Positions 12,801 to 26,285 of a stretch of 64,000 nt of DNA are shown here, piece by piece. Below the pieces are notes generated by a model. That model was not told the DNA's origin, ran no database searches, and saw only the letters and a program-made list of their open reading frames with translations. The DNA comes from Dicyema japonicum (lineage: Eukaryota; Animalia; Dicyemida). The stretch lies in NCBI GenBank assembly GCA_011109175.1, contig RDEW01000020.1, positions 552,514 through 616,513 on the forward strand, read 5' to 3'. A program made the translations under genes and the position numbers. Position 1 is the first letter of the stretch, and each line of letters starts with the position of its first letter.

Positions 12801-13387
12801 CTTAATTAATATTATTACTCTTAGAAAATAAAATATTCAAAATTATTATGCATAAGTTTATAATTTTATAATTATATTAAATATATTCAGTTCCCTTTCT
12901 CTAAAGGTACCCATAATAATCACAGTTGTTTAATGATGTAATATTCACATGACATCGTGACGCAGTGCATAAACAAATATGGTTTTCACAGCTCCTGGGA
13001 ATTGGCATCATCCACGGCAATGCACACTGTCTCTTGTAGACTGTTGATAATATTTTAATATTCACTTATAATAATAAGCCACTAGACCATATACAAGAAA
13101 TCAATTGAAACAAGGCTACAAGACAAAGCGAAAGTAAATAATCCTTTAATAAACAATACCATCTCTTTTAGTATGAGACCCAGGACTATGAGATTGATCT
13201 GAGTCAAAATTCGCCTAATCATATTCCCTTAATGAGTCACTAATTCTGCACAATTTGTAGAAAACGTGACATAATAAGCAGTACCAACTACCAGGAAAAG
13301 TACAAACTATAAAACCAATAAAAGAAAACATAATTTATACCAAACAAATATATGTAAAACTAAATCTATTAAAAGTAATCCATATAA

Positions 13388-14183
13388 TTAATCACTGCTA
13401 ATACTCAAACGGTCATCACTGTTTGATTGTAATGTCAGGGAATTGTTCATTCTGTAGGTTGGTGGGAAACCCAGAATACTCTGAAGGTTATAGGGGAATA
13501 AAGGTCTGTCATAACTCACTCTTTCAGTGTATAGGGGGTCGTATATCTGTTGTGAAGGAATATCCTGTTGGTTTGGATTATCAATGTTAAGGGTCATTGA
13601 GTCAGACACGTCATCCTTTACATTTCCTGTCCTTATTCGCACGTGGGTCTTTATCTCGTCAAATGCACAAGTAACATCATCCTCCCGTCCCGATATCTCA
13701 AACACAGGGTCCTTATCACGACTGGGAGTGACAATATAAGTGTTTGTCTCTTGTTGTATTCTTTTAATTGTGATTCCACGTTGTCCCACGACCAATCCAA
13801 CCACTTTATAAGGCACTCTGACAAATCCAGTCACGATTCCTTCACTACTTGAATGTTTGGTAGACCGAATGGATGAAAAATGAGCAGCCGAAGACTCAAT
13901 CTCTTCTGTGGCAATATCAACATCCTCCCTCCTGCCGGTAATTATGAACAAAGGCTCGGATCCCCGGACAGGAGTCTTTATATAAGTGTTCGTCTTGGCT
14001 CGTAAGGCCTTTATTTTGCACCCTATACGTGATTACTTCAATCAAACCTTGCCTTCCGACAATTTCTGCCACGTGTTCAGAACTAGGAACTCTCACAGTG
14101 TGTGTCACATTATGTGTGTGAGATGGGTCCAACAGACCATTGGATAAAAGTTCTTGATTGTCGAAAACAGACTGAGAGAGCAT
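13388..14183 (-). CDS. MEX3: MEX3-family RNA-binding protein (2 KH domains, ~256 aa, 1 intron)
   Basis: Removing the 25-nt GT-AG intron 14023-14047 gives [35 protein letters not shown]; KH2 is [43 protein letters not shown]. Confidence 0.96.
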
Positions 14184-17100
14184 AAAAACGCAAACAACTA
14201 GAAAATAGCGTCAGACGCACTATTAAATGCCACAATTACACGTTACTGTGGGGATGTCTAACATGTTCTATTAATATCTTAAATATATTATTTATTTGTT
14301 TTTAATTATTTATGAGATAAAACTGATTTATCTGTGTTTAATTGAGCAATATATAATTTAAGATTAATCAGCTTATAAACCAATTAATGCCACAGCTGAT
14401 CATTACTATATTATATTTAGTACTCTGGATGACATATAATCAATTTATTGATCACTTATTTTCGACAGATGCTTCCTCTGTTTTAATGGGCTTTATTTGG
14501 TGGGTTTATACAAATGTCCACACCTCTACTAAAGAGAACCTCTGATAGGGACTCCATTCATTAGCGTGGATTTCTTGTGTATTCAAGTGTCTGTTGGGAA
14601 TTAGTGTAATCTTCCCAAGGGAATGAAATTAACTTAAAATAGATTAGTCAGAGGTTATTAATAGTACATCATGATAATTGTTTCTCACATCAAAGACATT
14701 TTGAGAGCAACTATTATAGGAATATTAGTACTGATAGTGGTTGCTGAATTAATCCCCAAGCCTTACTAATTTTGCTATGCAGATAATTTTATCAATAGTC
14801 GATTAAACTAAGAGTCTACTAAGGAGGATACCTAAGTGGTTATGGACAGAGATCCCTAAGATGTGTTAACATGTCTTTGAGGGTGATTATTGGCCTATAT
14901 GATTTGACCTTGAAAATAAGTGGCACCTGTCGATGAATAATTTATGCAACAAAGTGGAGACCACAAAATGTGACTAAACCAGTGAGTTTAAAAGCAATAT
15001 TATTCACACATATTACCATTTTATATTTTTAATGACTTTTTAGTCATATTTCCTGTGATTTAGTCACTAATTTGGTTTTCTGTAAAAATGTTTTATTCCC
15101 TTGGCTTCTTTTTCCAACTTTGCATTGACGGCAACTTGATCAGCTTTGGAAAGGGCCGAGACTTTTATAAAAAGAAATAAGAAAATATCGATGGACAGTT
15201 CATTCTTGAGATGGTCATTGTAGAAACTTCGGGGGTCATTGCAGGAAGGTCACTAACTCTGCTAATCGTATCTGGTCGTTTATTGTGAGGAGGAAATTGA
15301 CCAACAAGAGAGGAGTTTGTTCATTGAACTCATTTCCTTACAGATGGTAGAGAGAAATGGGTTATTCTGTGAGGAGTCATTCTTTATTAGTTGTTAACTG
15401 TTTTATTGTATATGCGGATACACAAAGGCAATAATAATATCCTACTAAAAATCGTAACACTGATAATCCCTAAGGAACTTTGACAAGGATGCCTTTCTTG
15501 TGATTATTTTTATTTAACACCCAAGACCACGGTAAAACCAAACTAAATATCACGTGATCCTGATGCGTTCGCCAAAATCCTCATTTTTTCCCGGTGTTCT
15601 TCTCTCGTACCCACACAAGCACGTACTGGGCGCTGACTGTATTTGCAGGGCCACCTTCCCGCATGCAGGAGTTTTGTTTAATGAGGGACTCTAGAGTAGT
15701 CGGTCCGGTTCTGTATCTCCCACAAGACCACTGCCTCGTCATTCTGAAAGCCTTCTTTTGAACGTCCTTCACTGGGCGCATCTCTTTGAAGCTAGCCTTT
15801 GTCCGATACTGGAGAGAAATTCATGCGTCCTCTTTCCTATTATTAAAAAAATGTCAACTAATTTTATAGCTCATAATCATATAGTTTTTAACATTAGTGT
15901 CTTTGAAATTTCTGTTTTTTCTCATTAAAACTTTCAAATTTTTATTGCCTTCAACAGGCAGGGTATCCGTTTAAATCGTAATAGTAAAGACTGATCTAAT
16001 CCATAATAGTTCACAACTATTGTTCTTAATGAGTGTTGCGCTAATTGATTGCGTTTGTAGAATTCCTTAACATTCAAAAAAACTAATTATATACAGCGTC
16101 GTAATTCTCGAAAAATTATTTAACTGCAGCAAACCAACTGTCCCATCTAAAAATTATCCATGATCTGTAAATCACAAATAAATAGTAATTATAAATATTC
16201 ATAGAATAAATCACAAATGAAGATTACTAATAATAAGACTGTCAATCGTACTTGTGCTAATGCCCCTCCCACATTATAAATTTCCCTTTATTTGTTTTAT
16301 TAAATTTATTAATAAATCAGTGATAATAATAAATTCAGATTCTTTTTACGATTTGGTTACAAATTTGTTGCCTATGGAAAACATAATATTTTAATTTTCT
16401 TAAATTATCACGATAGTGGCTGTTTCATCCAGATAGAAAAGGCCGAAACAAAACAATCGCTAAGTTCTCTCTGAATGCGTGAGCATAATAAATGCAAAAG
16501 GCACATCTTGACCGTCCGTCTTCAATATAACAGAACAAATACGTGGAAGTATACTGACATCTTTGGGGACGTAACGTTTGTTCTTTTCGCTATTGAAACT
16601 TCATGAGCTTTAAGTCTCTCGTCCTACGGTTTTTTTTCAAAAAACTCTGAAATCTAATATCAGCCACACAAAGGGTTATTCAAGCAGATTTACCACGCAA
16701 TCCAGGAGAGAATAGACATGCAGTTAGTCTGCGCTTTCTAACTCTAATTTGTTTTTGATAAATGAGGGTTATCAAACTTTAGTTATTATCAGTGAAGGGA
16801 ATAACAAAACATTATTACTACAGGATCACTGGGTCAAAGAGAAAGAAATAAAAGTTCTATACTAACTAAGTGATAGCAGACCAACAAGGGAGAGGACGGT
16901 CGAGAATCTTGTACTGCTCTTCTCATCGGGCATGGCATCGGCTCAATCTTTCTGAATGATTGTAAATATTTTGACAGTGTATGCAACAAAGACAGCTTTG
17001 TAGACTACCGCCTTTAAGAGTTTCTGTTGTAATTATATTAAGAGATTTTCAATGGCTGGAGTTTTTGTTGTGGTCCAATTAGCTTATTACAACCTTCTGG

Positions 17101-17379
17101 ATTGCGGATAGTTTCAAGGACTGTATTGCCCACGAAGGACTTGCATACGTCATCGTGGGTACGATAAATTGTTCATAAATTGTAGCAAAGCCCACAGTTT
17201 GGTTTTTAAGTTTTTTTGAGATCACTATAGGATTCTAACTTTTTTTACAGCAAAAGTCACTTGTTCTCAACATGTAAAGTAAAAGAGAGTCCCTGATCAA
17301 AGGTGACCCCAGAGTCCTCGGTTTTTTGTTAATAGGAATAGCCTAGTTATTCATAAAAAATTTTTGGTTAGACACAGAG

Positions 17380-18500
17380 ATGTCTTTTGTAGGTAGCAAA
17401 CAGTGTGACTTTGTTGCTGATGCGTCGAGCCTCCGCTTCGAGAGCCATAGTTCCTTTTAAGAGCGAAAGCTGCTAGTGATTTTTTTAGTAGCTATAGTAT
17501 ATTCTGTTTTTTGTTGTTAATTTTTTGGAATTATTTTTCAAATGTTTTTGCCAATTTGTCGATAATACTTTCTAATTGGTGGTCTGTTGCCGTGAGATCT
17601 ATGTCATCTGCGAAGATGACTTCCGTTATATGTCTGGGGATATTATTCCTGGTCTCTCGTAGGGTTGCCTTCAGAAATGCGATGAATAAGACTGGGAATA
17701 GGGTGTCTCCTTGGGGGAGGGGTGCCATTGTTTGTTCCAAATACTCTAGATTTCTGATTTGGAGGAGAGTAGATAACGAATTATTCTGATGAAATCTTCC
17801 TCGAGTAGTGGTGTTAACAATTGTATCATATTGACTCTGCTGATTGAGTCAAATGCCTTAGATAGGTCGATTCCCATTATGTGGTACTCATCTTTATATT
17901 TTTGGCATAAAGCACACATCCATTTGTGGCTCCAAACGGCATCGGAAGTTGATCTTCCAGAGACAAACCCACTTTGGCTAGCTCCGATTAATCCACGTAG
18001 TGGGGCTTTTATTCTGTCCAGAGCAATTAGCGATATAATTTTGCGCAGAGAATTGAGTAGTATGATTGGTCTTAAGCTGTTTAGCTTTCCTTTTTCCTTC
18101 CCCGTTTTATGTAATTTTCCGATTCCGATGTTAATTCCGGAGTGTTCCTCAAAAGTTTTCTTCAGAATGTGAGTAATGAATTTTTGAAACTTTTCAGGAG
18201 CGTATTTTATGAGCTCTGCATTAACATTATTTGGGCCTGGGGCTTTTGAGTTGTTTAGTCTGGTCACAGCCTTTTTGACTTCCGTTAAAGTTATTTCTGG
18301 TGATAGCTTTCTGGGGACTCCATCAAACGGATAAAGCGTTTCTTTGTTATCAAAATTGAAATTTTTTTCGAAGTGATCAGCTATGGTGTCTGTGCGTTCC
18401 TGGTTGTTGTAAATGGTTCTTCTGAGTTCATCATGAATTGTTAGATTTTCAAATTTCTTCTTTCGCGCTAGCATCTTTACAGATCCATACATTTGCGTTC
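17380..18500 (-). mobile_element. RTE-clade LINE RT fragment
   Basis: KAPGPN, LRPIILLNSLRK, QSGFVSGRST, GIDLSKAFDS, PQGDTL.P.LF, FADD. Confidence 0.9.
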
Positions 18501-19370
18501 ATGTTTGTACTTTCCTAGGACTTGATGACCTAGGTGCTTCAGTTCACATGTGGTTATGTTGTCTGGTCCTCTGAATTGTTAGTCTTGGATTCAGACATCC
18601 TGGATAGTAAAGAGGATCCAGTCATCGTAGCGTTTCGGTTCAATTTTTTCAGGAATACTTGGTGTTCTTTTGAAAACTCCTTGTAGGAGATATAATTTTT
18701 TATCAGGCTGTCGGGTTGGATGTAGACTTCGCCTTTTCTCTCTGGGAGGATCTTTTGATGTTCTTGATCTACTTCAGACTCTCTGGATTGGAGGGTTCCT
18801 TCAGAGAGCCATCGATAATCTCGTCCATCTAACGCATTTTCTGCCTTTTAGATTATTTAGTTCCCTGATCAAACGTTTCGTCGTTTTGTTGAAAGGTTGC
18901 CAGCCCCTTCCCTTTCGCAGTGTTTATGGTGGAGTTTAAATATTTCACTAATTGTTCGACTGAGGCAGGAGTGGGGAAATTCAAGAGTCCAATGCAAGTG
19001 TCGACGTAATCCTTTAATCCTCTCCAGTTCGCAAGGCTGTAATTAATTATCATCGGACAATGTCCTTTCATCCGTGACCTCATTTGACCTCCAAAAATAT
19101 TTGTATTGTGGTCACTCCTGGTGTCATATTTCTCTGATCAGTCAATAAGAGGGATGGAGATGACAGTGAGATGTCAATGGATGAGGGATTATCTTTACGT
19201 CGAGTAGGTGTTCTTGTATGGAAAGCCAGATCGTTGAATATGCAGAGACTAGGAAGATCCTCAATAAGCATCTTCCCCCTTTTGCATGGGCTTGTCCTGT
19301 CAACCACAATGTATGCCTCGCATTGAAATCACCACAAATAATCACATCCTTAAGTGATGGTGTCATATTT
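18500..19370 (-). mobile_element. LINE APE endonuclease fragment
   Basis: IICGDFNARH, PSSIDISL, GHCPMII...ANW. Confidence 0.75.
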
Positions 19371-19599
19371 AATCCCCATAAGAAATTAAAAATTAAATTG
19401 ATTTTGTAATATTAAATAACATAATAATCGTTTGGTGGAGAATCTCTTGGTATAACAACTAGTTAGTTAAGTAACCTCAACCTCACTAACTAGTAGGAGG
19501 CCAGCAGCTACTACAAATAAAATGTACCAACTGGGGTCTCTACAGATCGACTACTGACAACCTGCTGATGAATCTATGGGTGGCATCTCTCTTCCTTGA

Positions 19600-20150
19600 C
19601 AAAATGGTAGCCTAACTAGACTCTCCTAGAGGCAAGGGAGATTTCAGTACCGAAAAGTTATACTACCCCTACCAGTGGGCATAGAAATATTCCTTTATGT
19701 AATGGCCTTAAAAGGATTAACCAGCCAACGAAAGAAATAAAACTAATGGTTAGAATGCTAACCAAGAGATAAAGAATTTTAAGTCCAGAGGGCCAAATGG
19801 ACCCGAGTATTTATAGCCTCGAGCAGGAACCGGCCTACTGCGGAAATTTGGTAGGCCATTAGATACATTTCAAGTATCTCCGAAAAGATACATAACGATG
19901 ATTTCAACTTAGATGATCTAAACAAGATTGCCAAATTCTTTCAAAATCGCCTACAAAGACAATAAAAGGTTCCGATATTGGTCCAGAGAAAACCGAAGAA
20001 AGAATCAGAATCGACTTAATTTACCACAAAGGACGTAAAAATGTGTTCAAACAGACTAGAAAGACTCCCCCAGTGGTTCTGATAGGATTCCCATTATTTT
20101 ACTAAAAAAATATAGAACTAGACATAGCCGTCCAAACAAGACTGTTCAAA
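19600..20150 (+). mobile_element. Decayed LINE (APE-RT linker)
   Basis: Degenerate segment ending in G.DRIP..LLKK; heavily frameshifted. Confidence 0.4.
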
Positions 20151-20335
20151 ACACCAAAATGTCATACAAACTATTTGGAAACTTCTTTGCATTTGTGAGT
20201 ACCCCTCCAGTGGAGTGGGGAGCAAATGATCTCTTTGAGTGCCACCCTGCCACTGGGAGCCAACTGAGACATCACATGACACCATTCTATTGGAAAAGAG
20301 GGGAGAAGGAACAAAAGAAGCAGACAGAAATCAAA

Positions 20336-21340
20336 TTTATTCCAAAGTAAATAAGGAGTTAATTAAAGGGATTTTAATCGTGTCCGCCTTTGCGGCCTGG
20401 ACACTTCACACGTATCCCATCTCCATTGTAGTCGTCCATTTAGTACGCATTGAAAAGCTGGTTACCCAACCTTACTTCGATATCTATTTTTACCGGCCTG
20501 ACAAGGCTATTCTTTTCCTCGGAGAGGCTTTCATGTAATTTCCTCCCCAGAGATATTTTTATCGCCGCTCGCCTTGTTTTCTCCAGGCGAGCGAGAGAAT
20601 CCTTTCTCTCGAGGGAGTATAAAACCATCCCTCGCATCCGTATATCAGTCTTGGGAGAATCACAATTCGGAAAATATAGAGCATTGTATCGGCGTCCAAC
20701 ATAAGTTTTCTGGAGCAGAACATCGCTTGAACGGCCTTCTTCCTCCGCTCTTCGATGTCCTTCCGATACGATCCTCTTCCATCCACTGCAATCCCCAGGT
20801 ATTTCAGGCTAGAGACTCTAGGTATCCGTAGCGTATACAACTCTCTCTGGTGTCGACCCAGCCTGCATATTCGCAAGTAACTGGATTTTTCTGTGGATAG
20901 TTTCATCCCTCTTTTATCGCACCAAGCCTGAACTCTGTCGACAAAAGCCCCGATTCGTCGCTCAGAGATGTAGGCCTTCAGAGATGAGTCTAGGATTAAG
21001 ATGTAATCCGCATATATCATCAGCCTGGTCCTAACGTCCTGTGGAGAAGGAAAGTCTTCCATAAATATGTTGAATAATAGAGGGCTTAGAATAGACCCCT
21101 GCGGCACTCCTCTTTTAAACAATATATCTTCGGAATATCTTCCACCAACCACCACGTTTGATATCCTCCCAGTCAACAGGTTCTTCAGTCATAGGAACAT
21201 TTGTCTTGAAATTTTTGATCGAACCAATTGACAGAATAAGGCCTCGTGCCATACACTGTCGAAAGCCTTAGAGATGTCAAGGCAGACAAGGCTCAACTGG
21301 CTCCTCTTTTCAAAAGCATTTGCAATCTCATAGTTTAGGG
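20336..21340 (-). mobile_element. I/Jockey-like LINE RT plus 3' end with stem-loop
   Basis: LDISKAFDSVWH, GVPQGSILSPLLFNIF, YAD, KYLGI; 3' hairpin GTGTCC-AG-GCC-GCAAA-GGC-GGACAC. Confidence 0.88.
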
Positions 21341-21452
21341 AGACAGAAATCTTCAATCAAGTAGCCAAATGGGAATTCCAATATGTTTATACTTTCATAT
21401 TAATTTATTATTCATTATAATAGATTTAGTGATCATTGATGAGGGTCTTTAA

Positions 21453-22119
21453 CAGTGGTTTTCAACCGCTTAAAATTTTATAAATATTACATATTTTAAC
21501 TATTGTTTTTATATTAAATATTTTTTTCATTAAAATTTAATTAATATTCTTTGTGATGCCTAAAAATCGTGTATTTAACCCCGAATGGGAGGAAAAATTT
21601 GAAGACAGTGGCAACACACATTGGCTGATTTGTCATTTTGTTATACGATGTCTTAAGTCATATAATGTCGAGAGGCATAATATGTATCATTCTTCAGAAT
21701 ATGATTCCTTTCAATGTGAATCAACAAATCACATTTCTATGAAATCAAATCACAAACTACAAACCATTTTGTTTAAACAGCCCATGTTCAATTTAAAATA
21801 CCCTAATTTGGTTATGAATGCGTATAAAAATGCGTATGTATTTGGATCAACGTATTATGTGAAGCTTTGTTCGGCAGACTCACACGGATCAAAACCAAAT
21901 TTCGTAATCAATTAACTGATGAACATCTTATGCAACTCTTACGTACGTCGTCATCAAACTGAGTCCCTGCTTTGAAAAAATTGTAGAAGGAAAGCAGATT
22001 CATTTCTCACATTAATTTTAGTTAATAAAGTTTAATTTTCTTAAAAAATTTTTTTGTGTCCCGCGAATTAATTGTTAATTATTGATTTGGCCCGCAGACT
22101 AAAAAATTGAGAACCACTG
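21453..22119 (+). mobile_element. Internally deleted hAT DNA transposon (GTF2IRD2/Charlie-like)
   Basis: TIRs CAGTGGTTTTCAA / TTGAGAACCACTG; 8-bp TSD GTCTTTAA / GTCTATAA; ORF remnants RVFNPEWEEKF..LIC..LKSYNVERH, FGSTYY and RNQLTDEHL. Confidence 0.88.
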
Positions 22120-22835
22120 GTCTATAATACAAACCTCATCATCAAAAGTCTATAATATGCTCCATTTACATACAGAAGGCTTTTGACTCCCAAGGAAATT
22201 ACTTACAAGGAAGATCTTTCAAACATTCCAAACAAATTTAAAATTTAGATTGCAAACTTCCTTAATGGACGGAGAGGAAGTATAGTTCACGTTCCTCGAA
22301 ATTTGTCGATTATACACAAGCCATGAAAAGTTTTCCACAATGATTTTTACTTCAAATAGAAGACTAACAAACTCTGCACCTCTCTTAACCCTTAATGGAG
22401 ATTTATCCCCTACATAAACTCTGTCATGCTAGTAGGTATCACATACGACCCCCTTGTGACATTCAGTAAACACGTTATAAAGAAAACATTAGAAAGCATT
22501 ATTGTCCAGCAAAAACATTGAGTTAAGACACCAATTGACGAAATCCTTTACGCGGCGAGACGACTGGAATAACGGCAACTCATCACATTAGCGAAGCGGC
22601 GGACCCACAGTCCGGGGAGGAAGTGGAAGTCATGTGGATGGCTGTTAAAGATCCTCGTAAAAGAAGGATATATTAGATTAGTTAAATAAATAAATTGGCT
22701 GAAATTTTTGAATAAATCTTATTCTACTATTTTTAACCAATTTTGGAATTTAATAAATTTTGAGCGATTCATGTCCCTGAAAGAACCATCTCTTTATTTA
22801 AAATATTTTATATAAATTTATCATAAACATAAAAA

Positions 22836-23286
22836 TCAAAAATGATTTCCGTCGACATAATCGACGATGCGTTGCTTCACGATTGCAACAGAGATCAACT
22901 GAAAAAGCCACCGAATCTCACATGCGTCGTGGTTTTTTAGTGTAGCTAGGCGTCCCAGTGCTTTAGGAAAAGAAGCGATTTCTCGTTTATTCTTCCTGTT
23001 GTCTGAACTACGATTGGCCAGAACGGTAACCGATTGTGCAACGCTTTGTATTTTTTCTCTTTTGCTTTTATTGTTTTTTTCCGCGGCATACAGTGTGTCT
23101 ACCGCGCTCCCCACAATATTGGATGACCGGACGCAGCATTCCATACCAAAGTCTTCCCCTTCTCGAATGGAAAAAATTGTGATTCCGTCCGGCCGTTTTC
23201 CGTGTCCTCTGACCATTCCATGCCAACAGGTTCATGTATGGAAGGGTATCCAGCAGACTCCAGGACTCGCTAAACAATTCCGTTAA
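22836..23286 (-). mobile_element. CRE-like element, RLE endonuclease fragment
   Basis: RGHGKRPDGITIF..EG..LVW, WLFQLISVAIVK. Confidence 0.75.
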
Positions 23287-24497
23287 TCGCCTTATTTTAA
23301 TAATTTTTAAGTTGTAAATGGAGATATAATGGGCCTCTTTTGAGTTAGGTGGATGACGATACTAGAATTTCTGATTCTCAAGAAAGCAAGAATTCAATGA
23401 TCTCTGTGAAGAAAGCATAAAATCAATCGATAATCAGGATTTCACATATTGCCCTTTGGAGATCAACCAAACTCGAGAAAGACAAAATGGAGATCTTAGA
23501 CAAAATAATGTTTATTCTGAAAACAAATTTAATAACACTTGTACACTTCATCCTAACTACCAGTCTATATAGAAAAGTCAATGTTTTACCTGTAGAATTA
23601 CCACTTGAAGAAATAAAGACAGGAAAACATTATGAATTTACAATTGAAAATGGAGAATCAAGCAAACAAGTCACTAATTTGTATTAATCCTGGATGTGAG
23701 ACCATAATCAAATCAGAAGGAAAGGAAGAAATAAACTTTGCGATTCAAATTTTTGATAAACCACATCCTCTTATTTACACAGCCAGGATTTTAGTTTACG
23801 ATTTAATTTTGAAAACTTCTGTCTTAATTCCTTTGCTGTGAGGAGGAACAAGAAAATATTTCCACATAGGACATTTAATATTACTTCAGAATATTCCGAT
23901 GTGGATTCCATACCGTTACTTTTTTGAAGGACTACTATCTGCTCTTTGTCTTCTTCAATCCCTAAGAAACTCCAAGATCCACTCAAGAGATGGCTAGTGT
24001 TTAGTTGGCATCCAAAAGGATCCCTTTCTTCCCTACTCCGTTTGAGAGTTCCCATATGGGAGTCGGATAAAACTACTTTAATGTATATCTGGAGTTATTA
24101 AGAAACACTCTTTTTTTAAGTGCTCCATATTTTAGTAATTTACCAAATATTGTCACAAAAGAACTAACGATAAAACAAATTCAATATTATCATTTAAAGT
24201 CAAAAATTAGAATAATGAGTAAAACTCTCAGAGAAGCAAGAGGGATATCTTTCGATAAAAGATAGATGACACCACTCTATTGCAAAAGTGACAGCACGAC
24301 TATCGGTGTTGACAATAATAACTACATAATGAAATTTACAATTTATCTCATTGACGACCAACTTAAGAAAAATGATTGTTCTAAGAACTTAAGGGTTATA
24401 CTCAACTCGACTATGATTATATTGGTTTTGCATAAACGAAAGGATTGACAAATTATAAACACAATAATAATAATTAGTATTGTCTCAATAATAATAA

Positions 24498-25123
24498 TCA
24501 GCACAATTTGCAATATTTACGTTTCTTTTTCGTTTGATTTGATAGAATCATATCAACAGCAGTACTGAACACTAAATCCACATTATCAAAGGTTTTGGCA
24601 GAACATTCAATAAATCATAATATTTTAATTTATTACCTTGATATACCAAGTCGACTAATCAGCCTTTTAACCTCCTTTGGGTCCACGCAGTCATCACCAC
24701 TTTTAAGGTCAGACTTATTCCCCACAATCAGAATCTGAGCTGACGGACAATAATGTTTAATCTACAAATCACAGACTTCACTCACCTCAGGAACCCAAAC
24801 AGTCTCCACGTTGTAAAGTGAGTCTTTGCAATCAATTGCATAACAGACAATGATGAGATTGGCTCCACCATATGAGAGAGGACGTAACCTTTCGTAGGCT
24901 TCCTGTCCCGCAGTGTCCCATAAGGAAATTACATACAACCATAATATACGTATTTTACATCTTTTCCCTCCCATTGTACGTTATTAGAGTAGTTTTCAAA
25001 TATTGTTGGAATATGCTTTTCGATAAATGTTTTATCCTTGTAAGCCACAAGCAGGCATGTTTTACCACATCCACCATCTCCGACTATGACTATTTTTAAT
25101 ATCTTTGATTTCATTTTGTACAT
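24498..25123 (-). CDS. Rho-family small GTPase, RhoF/RhoD-like (~185 aa, 3 introns, two of them GT-TG)
   Basis: KIVIVGDGGCGKT, PTIFENY, LWDTAGQEAYERLRPLSY, VGNKSDL, FIECSAKT and polybasic+CaaX KKKRKYCKLC*. Introns 24936-24958 (23 nt GT-TG), 24762-24785 (24 nt GT-AG), 24616-24636 (21 nt GT-TG). Confidence 0.93.
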
Positions 25124-25539
25124 TAATGCTTTGTGGTTTTATTTATTTAATTTATTTAAATTTATAATTTTAAATTTTATTTTTATATTATTTATCAAAA
25201 CTAAAAATAGTTTGGTTATACCATGATTTTGGAATGTTGAATAAATAACAAAACAAAAATATAAAGTTAAAGGACTGCAGTCCTGGGTGGTCAATTGGAT
25301 GTGGTGTTACTGGTAAATTGAAAAAGAGGAGAAAATACCAATCTTTGGTCATTAAAGAGGTGGAAGCCGTAGAAGCTTGTTGAAAACAAGGTTTTGATGG
25401 GGTTTTCAATGACCATTTTTATTAAACGCGGTATAAAATCAATAAATATATTGACTTTATTAACCTTTAATAATTAAATTTTGACCAAATAACCACTATC
25501 ATAGTTTTTTGACTTTATAGCCATTTATTTATATACATT

Positions 25540-25724
25540 AAGACTCCCCTCCTAACCGCCAATTTTGGGAATTGGAAAAAAACTGGCGGTTGGAAGGAGT
25601 ATTTTAAATAAATTTTAATGAACTACTTTTAAAAAAATTAGCGGTTAAGAAAACTGGCGGTTAGGAGGAGTTTGCCATATGATTTGGGATTTTTGGTAAA
25701 ATTTGGAGGTAAGAAGTTTTACTG
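25540..25724. mobile_element. pogo/Tc1-type MITE remnant
   Basis: Inverted CTCCTAACCGCCA (~25549) / TGGCGGTTAGGAG (~25655), internal GCGGTT repeats, terminus TTTTACTG|TA. Confidence 0.5.
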
Positions 25725-25956
25725 TAATAATTTTGACTAAAAACTACATTTTTGGAAGCTTTAAATAATTTTAAGGGATATTAATTTTCAAGTATGTCGA
25801 CAAAGATTTCCCTAGTTATGACTAAGTCACTCGTCAAGCCAAGAAGCATCGTGGATATATAGAACCTTCAGCCGGAATGGACATCAGTGAGATTTGAATA
25901 TGGAAGCATCTGGATTTTGTCCAGCACTTATGAAACTGCCTATCCTATGATGAACA

Positions 25957-26285
25957 TCTATAATAATAATAACAGCCTTTTTCACGGAGCCGTGGTATTA
26001 GCTCCGCATAGGCAGGACACACACTTTATTTAAGTAAAGAACAGTTAATTTTAACTAATCGTAGAACCAAGGAATTATCTTCACTTCTTTTTTCTTTTTC
26101 TTGTATGTGGGTCCTTTTTTGACAATCCAGTTCCGCAGTGAGTATCCACTAATGACGGCGTCACTCGTCAAGCCTTTTTAGCAATCGTAGATGCGTGGAA
26201 CTTTCCACCAGGTGAACAGCAGATAATCGAACCCGTAACCTAAGCCACTTTAGCCCGACACCTAACCACTATGCCATGAACATCT
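25957..26285 (-). mobile_element. tRNA-derived SINE, with an older related copy in tandem at ~25800-25957
   Basis: Minus-strand A box TGGCATAGTGG (26266-26276), B box GGTTCGATT (26225-26233), (TTA)n tail. Both copies start AGATGTTCAT and share GGCTTGACGAGTGAC. Confidence 0.7.

Noticed and set aside
12902-13045. Cys/His-rich minus-strand frame (SCENHICLCTASRC) as the missing MEX3 RING exon
   Set aside because: Spacing does not fit C3HC4, and it would need a several-hundred-nt intron, unlike any other here.
24498-25123. Stop-codon reassignment as an alternative to introns
   Set aside because: Read-through would add insertions and frameshifts in conserved motifs; TAA and TGA terminate genes normally and stops fall inside GT-starting micro-introns.
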